DNA of 55,910 nt from an uncultured Candidatus Poseidoniales archaeon (GTDB taxonomy: Archaea > Thermoplasmatota > Poseidoniia > Poseidoniales > Thalassarchaeaceae). Location: contig CAYPWN010000002.1 of the NCBI GenBank assembly GCA_964414525.1, positions 1 to 55,910 of the forward strand, written 5' to 3'. The position numbers and the translations under genes are program-made. The notes beneath the pieces were generated by a model, which was not told where the DNA came from, ran no database searches, and saw only the letters and a list, made by a program, of their open reading frames with translations. Each line of letters starts with the position of its first letter. Position 1 is the stretch's first letter. Below are positions 7,649-16,700 of the stretch, in pieces.

Positions 7649-10600
7649 TCACTCGTCTGTCTCTAGTTGAAGAGGCCCCCTAGTTGGCATGTCCTGGATT
7701 GCCTCGATCTCCTCGATAACAGATGATAGGGCCAGTTGTGCGTTGTCCCTGTGAGAGTCCCCGAGGACGTGGCTTGAGTATCGGGCCTCTTCGAATATCC
7801 TATCCAGCGATACAAGTGAAGCCTCGCTGATTGGCAGTGCCTGCCTTATTGCGGACTCGAACTCCCTGACCGTCTCGAAGTTCCTGCGTAGGAAGCCCCT
7901 GCGCATCAAAACTGAGCAAAGGTTCTGGTAGCACAGGAAGATGGCCTTCCTGTACTCGTCGCCTGAGGCCAGCATTTCCGCGGTCTGGCTGAAGACGCTG
8001 GCCAGCTCTTTGATTGCTGACTTCCTCCTGTAGTTTACCAGCATGGCCCCTATGGATATCGCCAAAGCCGATGCGATTAGGGCAACCATCGCAATGGCCG
8101 CAGATCCGAAAAAGGAACCGGTGTCCTGCTCCTCGTACTCTATCTCGACACCGGCTGTCGGAAGGAGAGCTAGGCTGCCCGGGTCTATGAAATTAGAGTC
8201 CGACCCTATCATCACGCTAAGCCTTCCCCATGACTTCATGTCTGAGAGGGGAGGGAGTGGGGCTAGTGACTTGAACTCGTATTCGAACACGCCGTCTGCG
8301 CTGGTCAGCTTGGACATCGAGAAGTGAGAAGTGCTTCCATTGAGAAGAGTAGCGGTCATTGACAGGCCCTCTAGAGGCTCACCGGTGTCCCTCGCAGTTG
8401 CGTTTACCGTTCCCCTGATGACCCTCTGCCCGTTTGAAAGCTCGAGCTCGGATAGTACGAAGTCGACCTCGACCATGATGATCACCTCTATTTCCTTCGA
8501 TGCCCCGTTGAGGAACCTGTCCTGGTCGGATTCGACTTCTATAGTGATGGTATTTTCTCCGGGATTCATGTACTCCTGTGCCTTTGCCCTGATTTGGAAG
8601 TTCATCGTACCGGGATTGTCCCAAGGCCCGAAGGTTGTTGGGAGAGCTGAGTCCCCCCACCATAGGGTCATAGTCAGATTACCGAATATGGCCGAGTCGC
8701 CCCCAACCTCCCGAATCAAACCCTGAATCATAATTGAGCTAGATGGTGATGGGTCTCCCCTGACTATCGTGTTACTAATGGGCTGTACCTCGATAACGAG
8801 GTCGGATAGGGCGAAGACAGTTTGCAACATCTCCGTGGGAAGGTATAGGAACTCGCCACCGTATTGGAAGGAGACGTTGTGAGAGCCTCTGCTCAGGGAG
8901 TACTGAACTCTGTGAGAGTAAGCGAACATTCCTCCAGCCTCCGTGGTTAGGGTTTCCACCACTGAGCCGTCCAACAGAACAGAAACCTCCCTGCCGTCCA
9001 AGCCTTGTTCGAATCCTGTGTCGGACTCGAACAAACGGCCGGTGAAGTTCCACTGCCCCCCCCTAGTGGAGTAGGCTTCCGCGACTTGTAGAGAAATCGA
9101 GGTATGGTATGATACAGTGAATGATGACTCGGTACTTCCCTGCCTATAGAATCCCTGAGTAGGTGAAACTGCTGAAATAGAGTGATTTCCTATATCCATA
9201 GACTCAGGGACTGTCCACTGTAATGACCAAGTCCCGTTGTCTACAGAACTGGTGATGCCAACAAGCTGCCCATCCACGAATAACTCGATGGTGTGACTAC
9301 CCAGCCAACCATCCTCCAGATTATCCTTCACCTTTCCAGAAAGGGCCAGAGTATCCCCCACCGCAACTGGATGAGGTTCGTCAATAGAGACGAAAACCTG
9401 AGAATACACAGTAAACACAACTGTAGAGTTGGATGGGAGCACGAACTGTTCTCCTTCGTATTCTACGCCGATTAGAAGTGGGCCTAGATCCATGTCTGGG
9501 GCTATTGGTACAAAGGCTGTGAAGGAGCCATTTTCTCCCACCGAGAGTGAGGTTAGTGCCTCTCCGTTAATTGTCAGAACGAGTTCTCTGTTGGGTAGTG
9601 CCCTTCCCACCCCATCCGTTAGCACCCCCTCTATCACAGCGACCTGTGATCTGTCTATGTCCCTTGGGGAAGTTGAAATCACGACTTGGGAGGTCTGAGT
9701 GACGTTGAATCCCAAAGAGTCTGATGAGCCAAGGTAGTACTCTGGGTTTATCGAGTCGCCCTGGCCCATTGGGTCGACCCAAGAGAAACCCCCCAGGAAC
9801 TCAACGCTAGCCGAGTGCGGCCCGAAGTCCATGTCCGTCGGGATCTGGAATGTTATTGACCACTGTCCTGTGGTCGCGTTGGAGACTGTGGTGTATGATG
9901 GGCCCACGTCCACTCCATCGATAAACAGGTGAATGAGCCCTCCCAGAGGCTCTCCGTCGTCCTTCAGAGGCTGCCCCCTTTCGTCCATAAGCGAGCCGAT
10001 GATAGTTACAGTCTCCCCGGCGATTGAAGGGGATGTGGTCTCCTTCAGTGTCAGAACAGTCGGAGCCAGGACAATCACCCTGGTCCAGGTCTCGTCACCA
10101 AGGAGTCCTATGGAGCCGTTGATCCCTGAGAATGTGGCGTTGACGACCATTGGGCCTGGGTCCCTGTCGTCCCTTACCACGATAGAGGCCGATGCTTGTC
10201 CGTCTGAGTCAGATAGTCCACCCCAGACGGTGAGATCGTCAATCTTGACTATGATTGTGGCTGATGGAATTGGGATGCCGGAGTTGTCGATTATTGATAG
10301 GTTGATGTCGAAGGAGTCGCCCCTAACAGTCCTACTATCTGGGTCAAGGTCGCCTGGGCTCTCAATAGTCAGGAAGGAATACCCCCTACTGTCGAAAGTT
10401 GCAAATCCGGAAGCAGAGGAGAAATAGGTCACCTGTGGGGTGAAATCAACTTCTATCGAATGTGGCCCCCTTGGGAAAGAAAGCTCCAATCTGATTTGGG
10501 CTAGCCATGTACCATCCGGCAGGAATGATACCTGGGAGACGGTGAATGTGTCAGTTTCGCCATCGATCGTGAATGTTAGAGTTGGGTTTAGGGGGTTGCC

Positions 10601-13600
10601 GGTTCTGTCAGTAAGTCCGCTCCCGTTGCTCGAAGTTAGTGAGCCTGTGATATTGAAGAGCTCCCCGGGGAGGGGGTTTGCCGTGATCTCGTCGATCAAC
10701 ATAGTCGTAGATGATCGGACAGTGATGGTATTGAGAATCTGCACTGCCGGGTTCAGGTCCTCTGAGCCATTGAACACGAATGTGATGTTCACGAGGCCAA
10801 GCGGGTGGTCGTGAGGTATGTCGAACTCGAATGCAACGCTGCCGTCGGACGAGGTTTCCTCCGGACTCAGCCACGTCTCGTGGAATCTAGCTTGAACAGT
10901 GAAACCAGATAGTGGGGCTTCGTTGTTGCTGAACTCTACCAGTCGAGTCGTCATTGTGGCGGTTTCCCCCCTATCCACTATCGTATTGATGAATGGGTTT
11001 GAGTCAACGAATTGGGTGACGCCCATCACCAAGATAGAGGCGTCCCCCGTACCTGTTAGGTAGAATGGGGTTGAGTCATTCACGACGCTTACAATTACTG
11101 TCCTGTCACCCCTAAGGACTCCGTTTCCTAGTGTGTCAGTGGGCACTGTAAGGTTGAAGGAACCCGTGGAGTTTGTTGTGAAGTTCTGGATGAGCAGCTC
11201 TTCGGGCTCGTCTAGGAAGAAGACGTTGATGCCCACGGGACCCTCCACAGATCTATTGGAGTCCACAGAGTCTAGAACTGTGCCTTCAATTGCGAATGAC
11301 TGGAGTGCGGTAACCTGCGAGGAGATTGAGGTGATCTCTACAAAGCTGTCCACTTGGACTGTCAGATTCACTATGGTCTCATTGCCCAGCCACCTTCCTG
11401 CGTCTGTGGTTGTCAGATTGTCTGAGATGTCGTCGGGTGCGTGAATCCTTACATCATAGAACCCAGGAGGGGTGGAGGAAGGTATTACTGGGTTGAAGGA
11501 GGCAAGCCCGGAAGAGTCAGTTATCTCGCTCTGGAGTACTTGCTGGAGGGAACCCCCCCAGTCGAAATAGAGGTCGAGTGAAATACCTTGAAGGGTCTCG
11601 GAAATGTCCTCGACGTCGGTAACAATTGATTGAACTTCCAGCTGCTCCCCAGCGACAAGAATAATCGATTCTGGATCGGCCTCTACAACGAATTCTGTCT
11701 GGATTCCGATCTGAATTACCGAAGAGTCTCCGGCATTGTAGTATGAGTCGCCCTGTGGCGGGTTTACAGAGAAGTCTAGTCTGATCTCCAAGTCATAGAC
11801 CCCGGAGGTAATTCCCGAGGGGAGCTCGAAAGAGAGGTTGTATGCTCCGTTTGTGGTGTCTATCCATCCTGATGCCAAAGTGTAGACAGTAGGCGAAGCA
11901 GGGAATCCGCCAGGCGTGCTTGGGAGGTCTGAAGGAATGTTCAGGAGGGCTGTTACGGAAGAGTTGTTGCCAGTTACCTGGGAGAAAAGCACCATGTCCA
12001 TTGCAAACCCAGTGACCCAATTCGTTGACCCGCGAGGAGTCCAGTCCTGACCCAGAGTCGCCGAGGCGTTAGCGAGTCCTTTGACCCTGATTACCTCAGT
12101 CGTTGAGTTTGGGGCGAGCCATGTTGATCCTCCGTAACTAAGCTCCCACGTGTAGTCTCCGGGATCCATGTCCAATTCTGGGGTGAAACTCGGAGTTATC
12201 CTGCCCGAGTCCGGATCTGACTGGTTCCAGACTGACACTCCGTCGAAGTCCAAGTTGTAATCGCCTGCGAAGGAGGCGAACGAAGACCCGCTGTGGTCGG
12301 TGAGGAAAATATCCGTATTGTGCTCCCTGCCTCTAATTGCCGGGAGCATGGTGTATTCGAAGAAAACGATGCTCCGGATTCCGAAGGTGTCTGTGAACTG
12401 ATCTTGGTCATTCGCATTTAGGTCGTCCGCGTCAAACTGGAACCGAACTTCGACTGGTCCTGCTGGCAGGGGGACGTCTGAGGATGCGAATAGCCAAGAA
12501 ATCGAGAATTCGCCGGCTGATGGGCCCCAAGTTGAGTTGTTCAGGTACCATGAAGAAATCTGCTCGAATGGGCCGGATATGTCAGATCTCCTCATCTCAA
12601 GAATCAGAGTACCATTGAGAGGAACGGGGTTTGGACCCCTGCTCAGAACTGTGCCGTTGAGGAAGATGTTGCTATCGACCTCTAAGATTGAGTTGTTTGC
12701 ACCCTGGGCCTCTAGGGCAACAGATAGATTAGGCGATAGAGTGATGTTGAATTGGAATGGTAGAGATCCTGGCCTGGCGTGGTATTCTGGAAGTGTGGCG
12801 TTGTTGAGGTCGCTTAAGTGCCATCCGAGGAATGAGATAGCCCCGTCCATGAGGCCAAGCGGTTCAGACTCATCGATAGGGACTGAGAATTCGTAGTAAC
12901 CCCCTCCAGAAACGTCCGAGACGATTGTGACTTCCCCGTCAACTGCAGAAGAATAGTTCAGGACAAGCTGGAGATTATCGACTATTGAAGGGTCTAGATT
13001 AGGTGAGCTGGCCCATGACAACTGGCCTGAGACAGTAGTGTTAACCCCGATACCCAGCATGGGCTCGGAAATGGGGGAAGGGTCAGAGATTGAGATTGAA
13101 ACGTTGTCCGTCAGATTGAGGCTCCAATCAATGAGGGAGAAATTCGAGGGGTCGAGATACCCAGTAATTCCCTGCGCACCCACATAGCCACTCTCTGATG
13201 TCAGGATTACCAGAGACCCGAGTCCTGGCTGAATTACCTGATCTGGGAGTCCAGATAGGTTGAATGATCCATTGGAGTCAGTTATCGCGGTTGCCACGAT
13301 GTGCTCCTGAACGGCTGCGCTTCCTGGAACCTCTCCCGCCTGGTTGGGATCTACCAAGTAGAGGGTCAGTGAGATATTGTTGGCTGCGGAAAGGTTGTCC
13401 ACGAACACTAGTGTTCCGTTGACCCATATTTGGTCTGAGATGGAAGTGTTCCTTTCAACTGATTCGGGACCCCATGAGTCCAGAGTAACTGAGACCTGAG
13501 AAACAGTAGGGCAGGCCTCGAATGGGATCCACCCGAGATCTAGTTCGCCCTGATTCTGGTTTGTCTGGAGGTGGACTTCTGCCCATCTTGTGAAGTCCTT

Positions 13601-16600
13601 CCCGTAGACCTTGATTCCCTTTCCATCCCATAAACCGCCGGAGAATCCCGTTACCTTCCTGGACGGGATACCAGCAACCCTAAGCATTGTGACGAAAATC
13701 GTGGTGAACTCGTCGCAGCTCCCCTCGTGGGACGTGTTCAGGATCCAGTGTGTAACATCGCTCTCGTTCCATAAGCCGTCTGCTCTACCAGAGCCATCGT
13801 GGTTCCTTAGGAAGGTAATCGTTTCATTGCCGTTAATCAAGAAGTTCTGGATTGCAGAGACCTTGTCCCATGCTGAGACTGCACCCGACTGATCCAATAC
13901 GCTCTGAGTGAGGTTGGTCACAAATTCGCTGTTGTCTAGGAAATCCTGTGGTAGATCTAGTCCGTAGTCTGAGCCAGCGAAGACGGTGCTATTGTCCCTG
14001 ATCTCTGCAGCTAGTATGACCTCTGGGGCGTTAACGTATAGTGCTTCAATTACTGCATTGTCTACAATTACGTCTCTTGTGAAATTGGAGAAGTTTAGTC
14101 CTGCTGAGAGATCTATCCAGGTGGTGTAGTTCACTACGTTGTGGGGCTGTATCAGTTCTTGTCCCGGGCCAATGTATCCTGCCTCGTCAAAGGTTATCTC
14201 CCACGAAAGCGGACCGGAGTGGTTCCAAAAAGACTGGTCTGCGACGTCCTGGTCTGCTGAGAAGTCGGGAATAATTTGGGTATTCCCATACAGACTGCTG
14301 TTTACGCCCCAAGATACTCCGGTGTAGTAGTCATAGGTATGCCACCTCCAATAGTGGGGTATTGAGGGGTCCATTCCCTCGGATGTGTTGGTTGCGGTGA
14401 ACATTAGTGCGTTTTCCGAGATGTCGTCCAATGGGTCGAATGGGTCTCCCGGTGAACCAACACAATCGAGAAGCCAAAAATCTGGGGGGCACTCTTCACC
14501 ATCCGGAACTCCTCCTCCGTCTGTGTCTGGATCCCTCCAATCAGTACCCAACTCCTCCTCGATTGAGTCGGGAATTCCGTCACCGTCAGTATCCAGCGGG
14601 TTGATGTCATCGTCGGGGTTGTCTTGTGGGTTAGTACCGTCGATGTATTCCTGCCCATCATCTACCCCACCATTATCTGTGTCCGCCACGTTCCATAGGG
14701 TGAACCAGACGTCGTTGGTAAAATTTCCACCATCGCCGCCCGAAATTCCGAATATCATTTCGCACCCAGTGGTGTTCTCGAAGTAGTTGTTGAGACCATC
14801 ACCGTCCGTATCCAGAAGGTTATGACAAGGCTCTCTGGGATCGGTCAGGTTTAGCACTTCTGAGAGGTCGTTCATTCCGTCTCCGTCTGTGTCCGCTAGT
14901 AGTGGGTTTGAGAGGAATCCCCATGTAGCCATCTGTTCTTCCCAGTCTGCGAGGCCGTCACCATCTGTATCCTTGTAGTCGTCATCGCACCATGGGTCGT
15001 TAGTGGCCCCTGATGTAGCGTTCCAGCACCAGGATCCGTTAGTGAAAGCGATGATGTTTGAATTGGCAGGAGGGGCCGTATCCACCCCTTCCATGAATGT
15101 AGAGTCAAGTGATGTGTAACTGAAAGGTGTTCGAGTCCCATTTGGCGATATGTAGTGTGCATGGGGTGCATTGCCTCTCCAATCTACCGGATCCGGGTCG
15201 ATTCCAGTGGTGGAGTTGAGAGTTAGGGTGTCCCTAGTAGCGTCCCAATCGAGGATTAGAAATGTTAGTTCGAATATCGAGGTGCAAGGATCTGTCTGCC
15301 CGGGGAAGCCTTCGTCACCGTCATCGACGCCACCTCCATCTGAGTCGGAGACGTTCCAAAGTGTGCAGGAATTGTTCTCTTGCCAGTTTTGTAAACCATC
15401 CCCATCGAAATCGCCCTCGTCGTTTATTCTGGTTGGATCAGTCTCTCCGGGATCAATTACCCCATTTCCGTTCAGATCCTCTTCCCCGTCGTCAAGGTGG
15501 TCCCCGTCGGTATTGTTGCTCCTGGGGTCGGATCCCTGCGGAGGGTCCCCGTAAGAGCCATTGAACTCTACCCCATCAGGAATTCCGTCAGAGTCGGTGT
15601 CTGACGAGGTAGGGTCTGTAAGTAGCACTAGTCCTTCGAATGAGTCGTTTAGACCGTCCCCATCGGTGTCGTTGTTCTGCGGATCAGTCTGGGTTATCCC
15701 GTCGACCTCTGCCGTGAATATCAGGCATCCGCCGGGGCCCAAGGACAAAACTGGATTGCATGGTGACTCGGTAACTGTCATGTTGATTGGCCCGGGACGA
15801 AAGTACTGTGTTGGTGGGAATGTGGAGCCGTTCCGAGTCCCCCATGCGGGGTTAACGTACTCGTAAATGTTGGCAAGTCCGTCGCCGTCTGGGTCCCCGA
15901 AGGTACCATCCTGATTAGAATTAGAAGTCGGGTCGAGGCCGTTTGCTGCCTCCCAACCGTCGGGCATCCCGTCGCCGTCGGTGTCCCAGCCATTGGGGTC
16001 CTCGTCCTCTATTCCATCGCCGTCGTCATCGTTGGAGCTGCAGTCTGCATCACCGTCAAAGTCACCATCATCCGAATCCACCATTCCATCGTGGTCATTA
16101 TCGAATGTGTCAGTACAAATGTTCCCCATAGGGTCTTCATCTGCCCCGTCAGATCCAGATCCTTGGATGACTTGCATTGCGCTCTCCTCATCCCAGCCAG
16201 ATACTGGGACTGTGCCATTCCACCAAACCCCGTTATCGAGCACATTAGCTGTTGAGGGCTCGTCCCATCCGGTCGGTATTCCGAAGAGGTACTCGTTCAA
16301 GTTCGTCAGGCCGTCCGAGTCGGGGTCGCCAGTTGAGCCGTTTTCTCCTGCCGATGAGAGTGGATCTAGGCCGTATTGCCATTCCCACCCATCTGGAAGG
16401 CCGTCGTTGTCAGAATCCCAGTCCTGCGGTTGGGTGTTGATCAAAAACTCAATCCCATATGGTAAGCCGTCGCCATCTTGGTCGTTGGTAGTGGCAGATG
16501 CCTCGAAAACGCCTACTTGCATTGCCGCGATTCCAGAGGTGAGTAGGAAGAAGGAGAAGACTAGGGCTGACCTTCTCTTGCGGGAGATATCAGAAGCTTC

Positions 16601-16633
16601 GTAATTTCCAATTACGAACTCCATAAGTACCAA
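7649..16633 (-). CDS. Giant (about 2990 aa) secreted/membrane-anchored surface protein: TSP3 Ca-binding repeats, transglutaminase-like core, Ig-like repeat array, C-terminal TM and DUF4129-like tail
   Basis: Single uninterrupted ORF. TTG lies at 16633 and the first ATG at 16624. The N-terminal hydrophobic anchor is 'ALVFSFFLLTSGIAAMQVGVF'. Domain evidence is given in the sub-features. N-x-S/T sequons are very dense, for example 9 in the ~190 residues before the TGase Cys. Confidence 0.92.
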   Translation of the reverse strand: MVLMEFVIGNYEASDISRKRRSALVFSFFLLTSGIAAMQVGVFEASATTNDQDGDGLPYGIEFLINTQPQDWDSDNDGLPDGWEWQYGLDPLSSAGENGSTGDPDSDGLTNLNEYLFGIPTGWDEPSTANVLDNGVWWNGTVPVSGWDEESAMQVIQGSGSDGADEDPMGNICTDTFDNDHDGMVDSDDGDFDGDADCSSNDDDGDGIEDEDPNGWDTDGDGMPDGWEAANGLDPTSNSNQDGTFGDPDGDGLANIYEYVNPAWGTRNGSTFPPTQYFRPGPINMTVTESPCNPVLSLGPGGCLIFTAEVDGITQTDPQNNDTDGDGLNDSFEGLVLLTDPTSSDTDSDGIPDGVEFNGSYGDPPQGSDPRSNNTDGDHLDDGEEDLNGNGVIDPGETDPTRINDEGDFDGDGLQNWQENNSCTLWNVSDSDGGGVDDGDEGFPGQTDPCTSIFELTFLILDWDATRDTLTLNSTTGIDPDPVDWRGNAPHAHYISPNGTRTPFSYTSLDSTFMEGVDTAPPANSNIIAFTNGSWCWNATSGATNDPWCDDDYKDTDGDGLADWEEQMATWGFLSNPLLADTDGDGMNDLSEVLNLTDPREPCHNLLDTDGDGLNNYFENTTGCEMIFGISGGDGGNFTNDVWFTLWNVADTDNGGVDDGQEYIDGTNPQDNPDDDINPLDTDGDGIPDSIEEELGTDWRDPDTDGGGVPDGEECPPDFWLLDCVGSPGDPFDPLDDISENALMFTATNTSEGMDPSIPHYWRWHTYDYYTGVSWGVNSSLYGNTQIIPDFSADQDVADQSFWNHSGPLSWEITFDEAGYIGPGQELIQPHNVVNYTTWIDLSAGLNFSNFTRDVIVDNAVIEALYVNAPEVILAAEIRDNSTVFAGSDYGLDLPQDFLDNSEFVTNLTQSVLDQSGAVSAWDKVSAIQNFLINGNETITFLRNHDGSGRADGLWNESDVTHWILNTSHEGSCDEFTTIFVTMLRVAGIPSRKVTGFSGGLWDGKGIKVYGKDFTRWAEVHLQTNQNQGELDLGWIPFEACPTVSQVSVTLDSWGPESVERNTSISDQIWVNGTLVFVDNLSAANNISLTLYLVDPNQAGEVPGSAAVQEHIVATAITDSNGSFNLSGLPDQVIQPGLGSLVILTSESGYVGAQGITGYLDPSNFSLIDWSLNLTDNVSISISDPSPISEPMLGIGVNTTVSGQLSWASSPNLDPSIVDNLQLVLNYSSAVDGEVTIVSDVSGGGYYEFSVPIDESEPLGLMDGAISFLGWHLSDLNNATLPEYHARPGSLPFQFNITLSPNLSVALEAQGANNSILEVDSNIFLNGTVLSRGPNPVPLNGTLILEMRRSDISGPFEQISSWYLNNSTWGPSAGEFSISWLFASSDVPLPAGPVEVRFQFDADDLNANDQDQFTDTFGIRSIVFFEYTMLPAIRGREHNTDIFLTDHSGSSFASFAGDYNLDFDGVSVWNQSDPDSGRITPSFTPELDMDPGDYTWELSYGGSTWLAPNSTTEVIRVKGLANASATLGQDWTPRGSTNWVTGFAMDMVLFSQVTGNNSSVTALLNIPSDLPSTPGGFPASPTVYTLASGWIDTTNGAYNLSFELPSGITSGVYDLEIRLDFSVNPPQGDSYYNAGDSSVIQIGIQTEFVVEADPESIILVAGEQLEVQSIVTDVEDISETLQGISLDLYFDWGGSLQQVLQSEITDSSGLASFNPVIPSSTPPGFYDVRIHAPDDISDNLTTTDAGRWLGNETIVNLTVQVDSFVEITSISSQVTALQSFAIEGTVLDSVDSNRSVEGPVGINVFFLDEPEELLIQNFTTNSTGSFNLTVPTDTLGNGVLRGDRTVIVSVVNDSTPFYLTGTGDASILVMGVTQFVDSNPFINTIVDRGETATMTTRLVEFSNNEAPLSGFTVQARFHETWLSPEETSSDGSVAFEFDIPHDHPLGLVNITFVFNGSEDLNPAVQILNTITVRSSTTMLIDEITANPLPGELFNITGSLTSSNGSGLTDRTGNPLNPTLTFTIDGETDTFTVSQVSFLPDGTWLAQIRLELSFPRGPHSIEVDFTPQVTYFSSASGFATFDSRGYSFLTIESPGDLDPDSRTVRGDSFDINLSIIDNSGIPIPSATIIVKIDDLTVWGGLSDSDGQASASIVVRDDRDPGPMVVNATFSGINGSIGLLGDETWTRVIVLAPTVLTLKETTSPSIAGETVTIIGSLMDERGQPLKDDGEPLGGLIHLFIDGVDVGPSYTTVSNATTGQWSITFQIPTDMDFGPHSASVEFLGGFSWVDPMGQGDSINPEYYLGSSDSLGFNVTQTSQVVISTSPRDIDRSQVAVIEGVLTDGVGRALPNRELVLTINGEALTSLSVGENGSFTAFVPIAPDMDLGPLLIGVEYEGEQFVLPSNSTVVFTVYSQVFVSIDEPHPVAVGDTLALSGKVKDNLEDGWLGSHTIELFVDGQLVGITSSVDNGTWSLQWTVPESMDIGNHSISAVSPTQGFYRQGSTESSFTVSYHTSISLQVAEAYSTRGGQWNFTGRLFESDTGFEQGLDGREVSVLLDGSVVETLTTEAGGMFAYSHRVQYSLSRGSHNVSFQYGGEFLYLPTEMLQTVFALSDLVIEVQPISNTIVRGDPSPSSSIMIQGLIREVGGDSAIFGNLTMTLWWGDSALPTTFGPWDNPGTMNFQIRAKAQEYMNPGENTITIEVESDQDRFLNGASKEIEVIIMVEVDFVLSELELSNGQRVIRGTVNATARDTGEPLEGLSMTATLLNGSTSHFSMSKLTSADGVFEYEFKSLAPLPPLSDMKSWGRLSVMIGSDSNFIDPGSLALLPTAGVEIEYEEQDTGSFFGSAAIAMVALIASALAISIGAMLVNYRRKSAIKELASVFSQTAEMLASGDEYRKAIFLCYQNLCSVLMRRGFLRRNFETVREFESAIRQALPISEASLVSLDRIFEEARYSSHVLGDSHRDNAQLALSSVIEEIEAIQDMPTRGPLQLETDE
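7652..8119 (-). other. C-terminal transmembrane helix plus a ~126-aa cytoplasmic DUF4129-like tail of the giant protein
   Basis: The hydrophobic segment 'FFGSAAIAMVALIASALAISIGAMLVNY' is followed by 'RRKS' (positive-inside). The tail 'YRKAIFLCYQNLCSVLMRRGFLRRNFETVREFESAIRQ...LDRIFEEARYS' resembles the DUF4129 helices found C-terminal to membrane transglutaminase-like proteins. Confidence 0.55.
13515..13845 (-). other. Transglutaminase-like (papain-fold) core inside the giant ORF
   Basis: 'EGSCDEFTTIFVTMLRVAGIPSRKVTGF' matches the G.C..fa..f.almRa.GIPaR nucleophile segment, with the Cys codon at 13715-13717. It is followed by 'FTRWAEVHL...LGWIPFEACP'. Confidence 0.7.
14480..16490 (-). repeat. 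Thrombospondin type-3-like calcium-binding repeat region (protein-level repeats inside the giant ORF)
   Basis: At least 15 copies of the D-x-D-x-D-G-x-x-D-x-x-E motif. Examples are 'DSDNDGLPDGWE', 'DTDGDGMPDGWE', 'DPDGDGLANIYE', 'DTDGDGLNDSFE', 'DTDSDGIPDGVE', 'DTDGDGLADWEE', 'DTDGDGMNDLSE', 'DTDGDGLNNYFE', 'DTDGDGIPDSIEE' and 'DTDGGGVPDGEE'. Confidence 0.8.
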
Positions 16634-16700
16634 TCCCAGCTTGATGGCGCTAACTTAGGGTCTTAAGACGAATGGAGCGTAGTTCGGACATAGGGATAGG

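Noticed and set aside
8043-16604. Many plus-strand ORFs of 60-207 aa inside the giant gene, for example 15981-16604 (207 aa), 9933-10427 (164 aa) and 14385-14786 (133 aa).
   Set aside because: They lie antisense to one continuous 9-kb ORF that has clear domain signatures. Their translations are low-complexity S/P/L-rich strings, which is typical of shadow frames.
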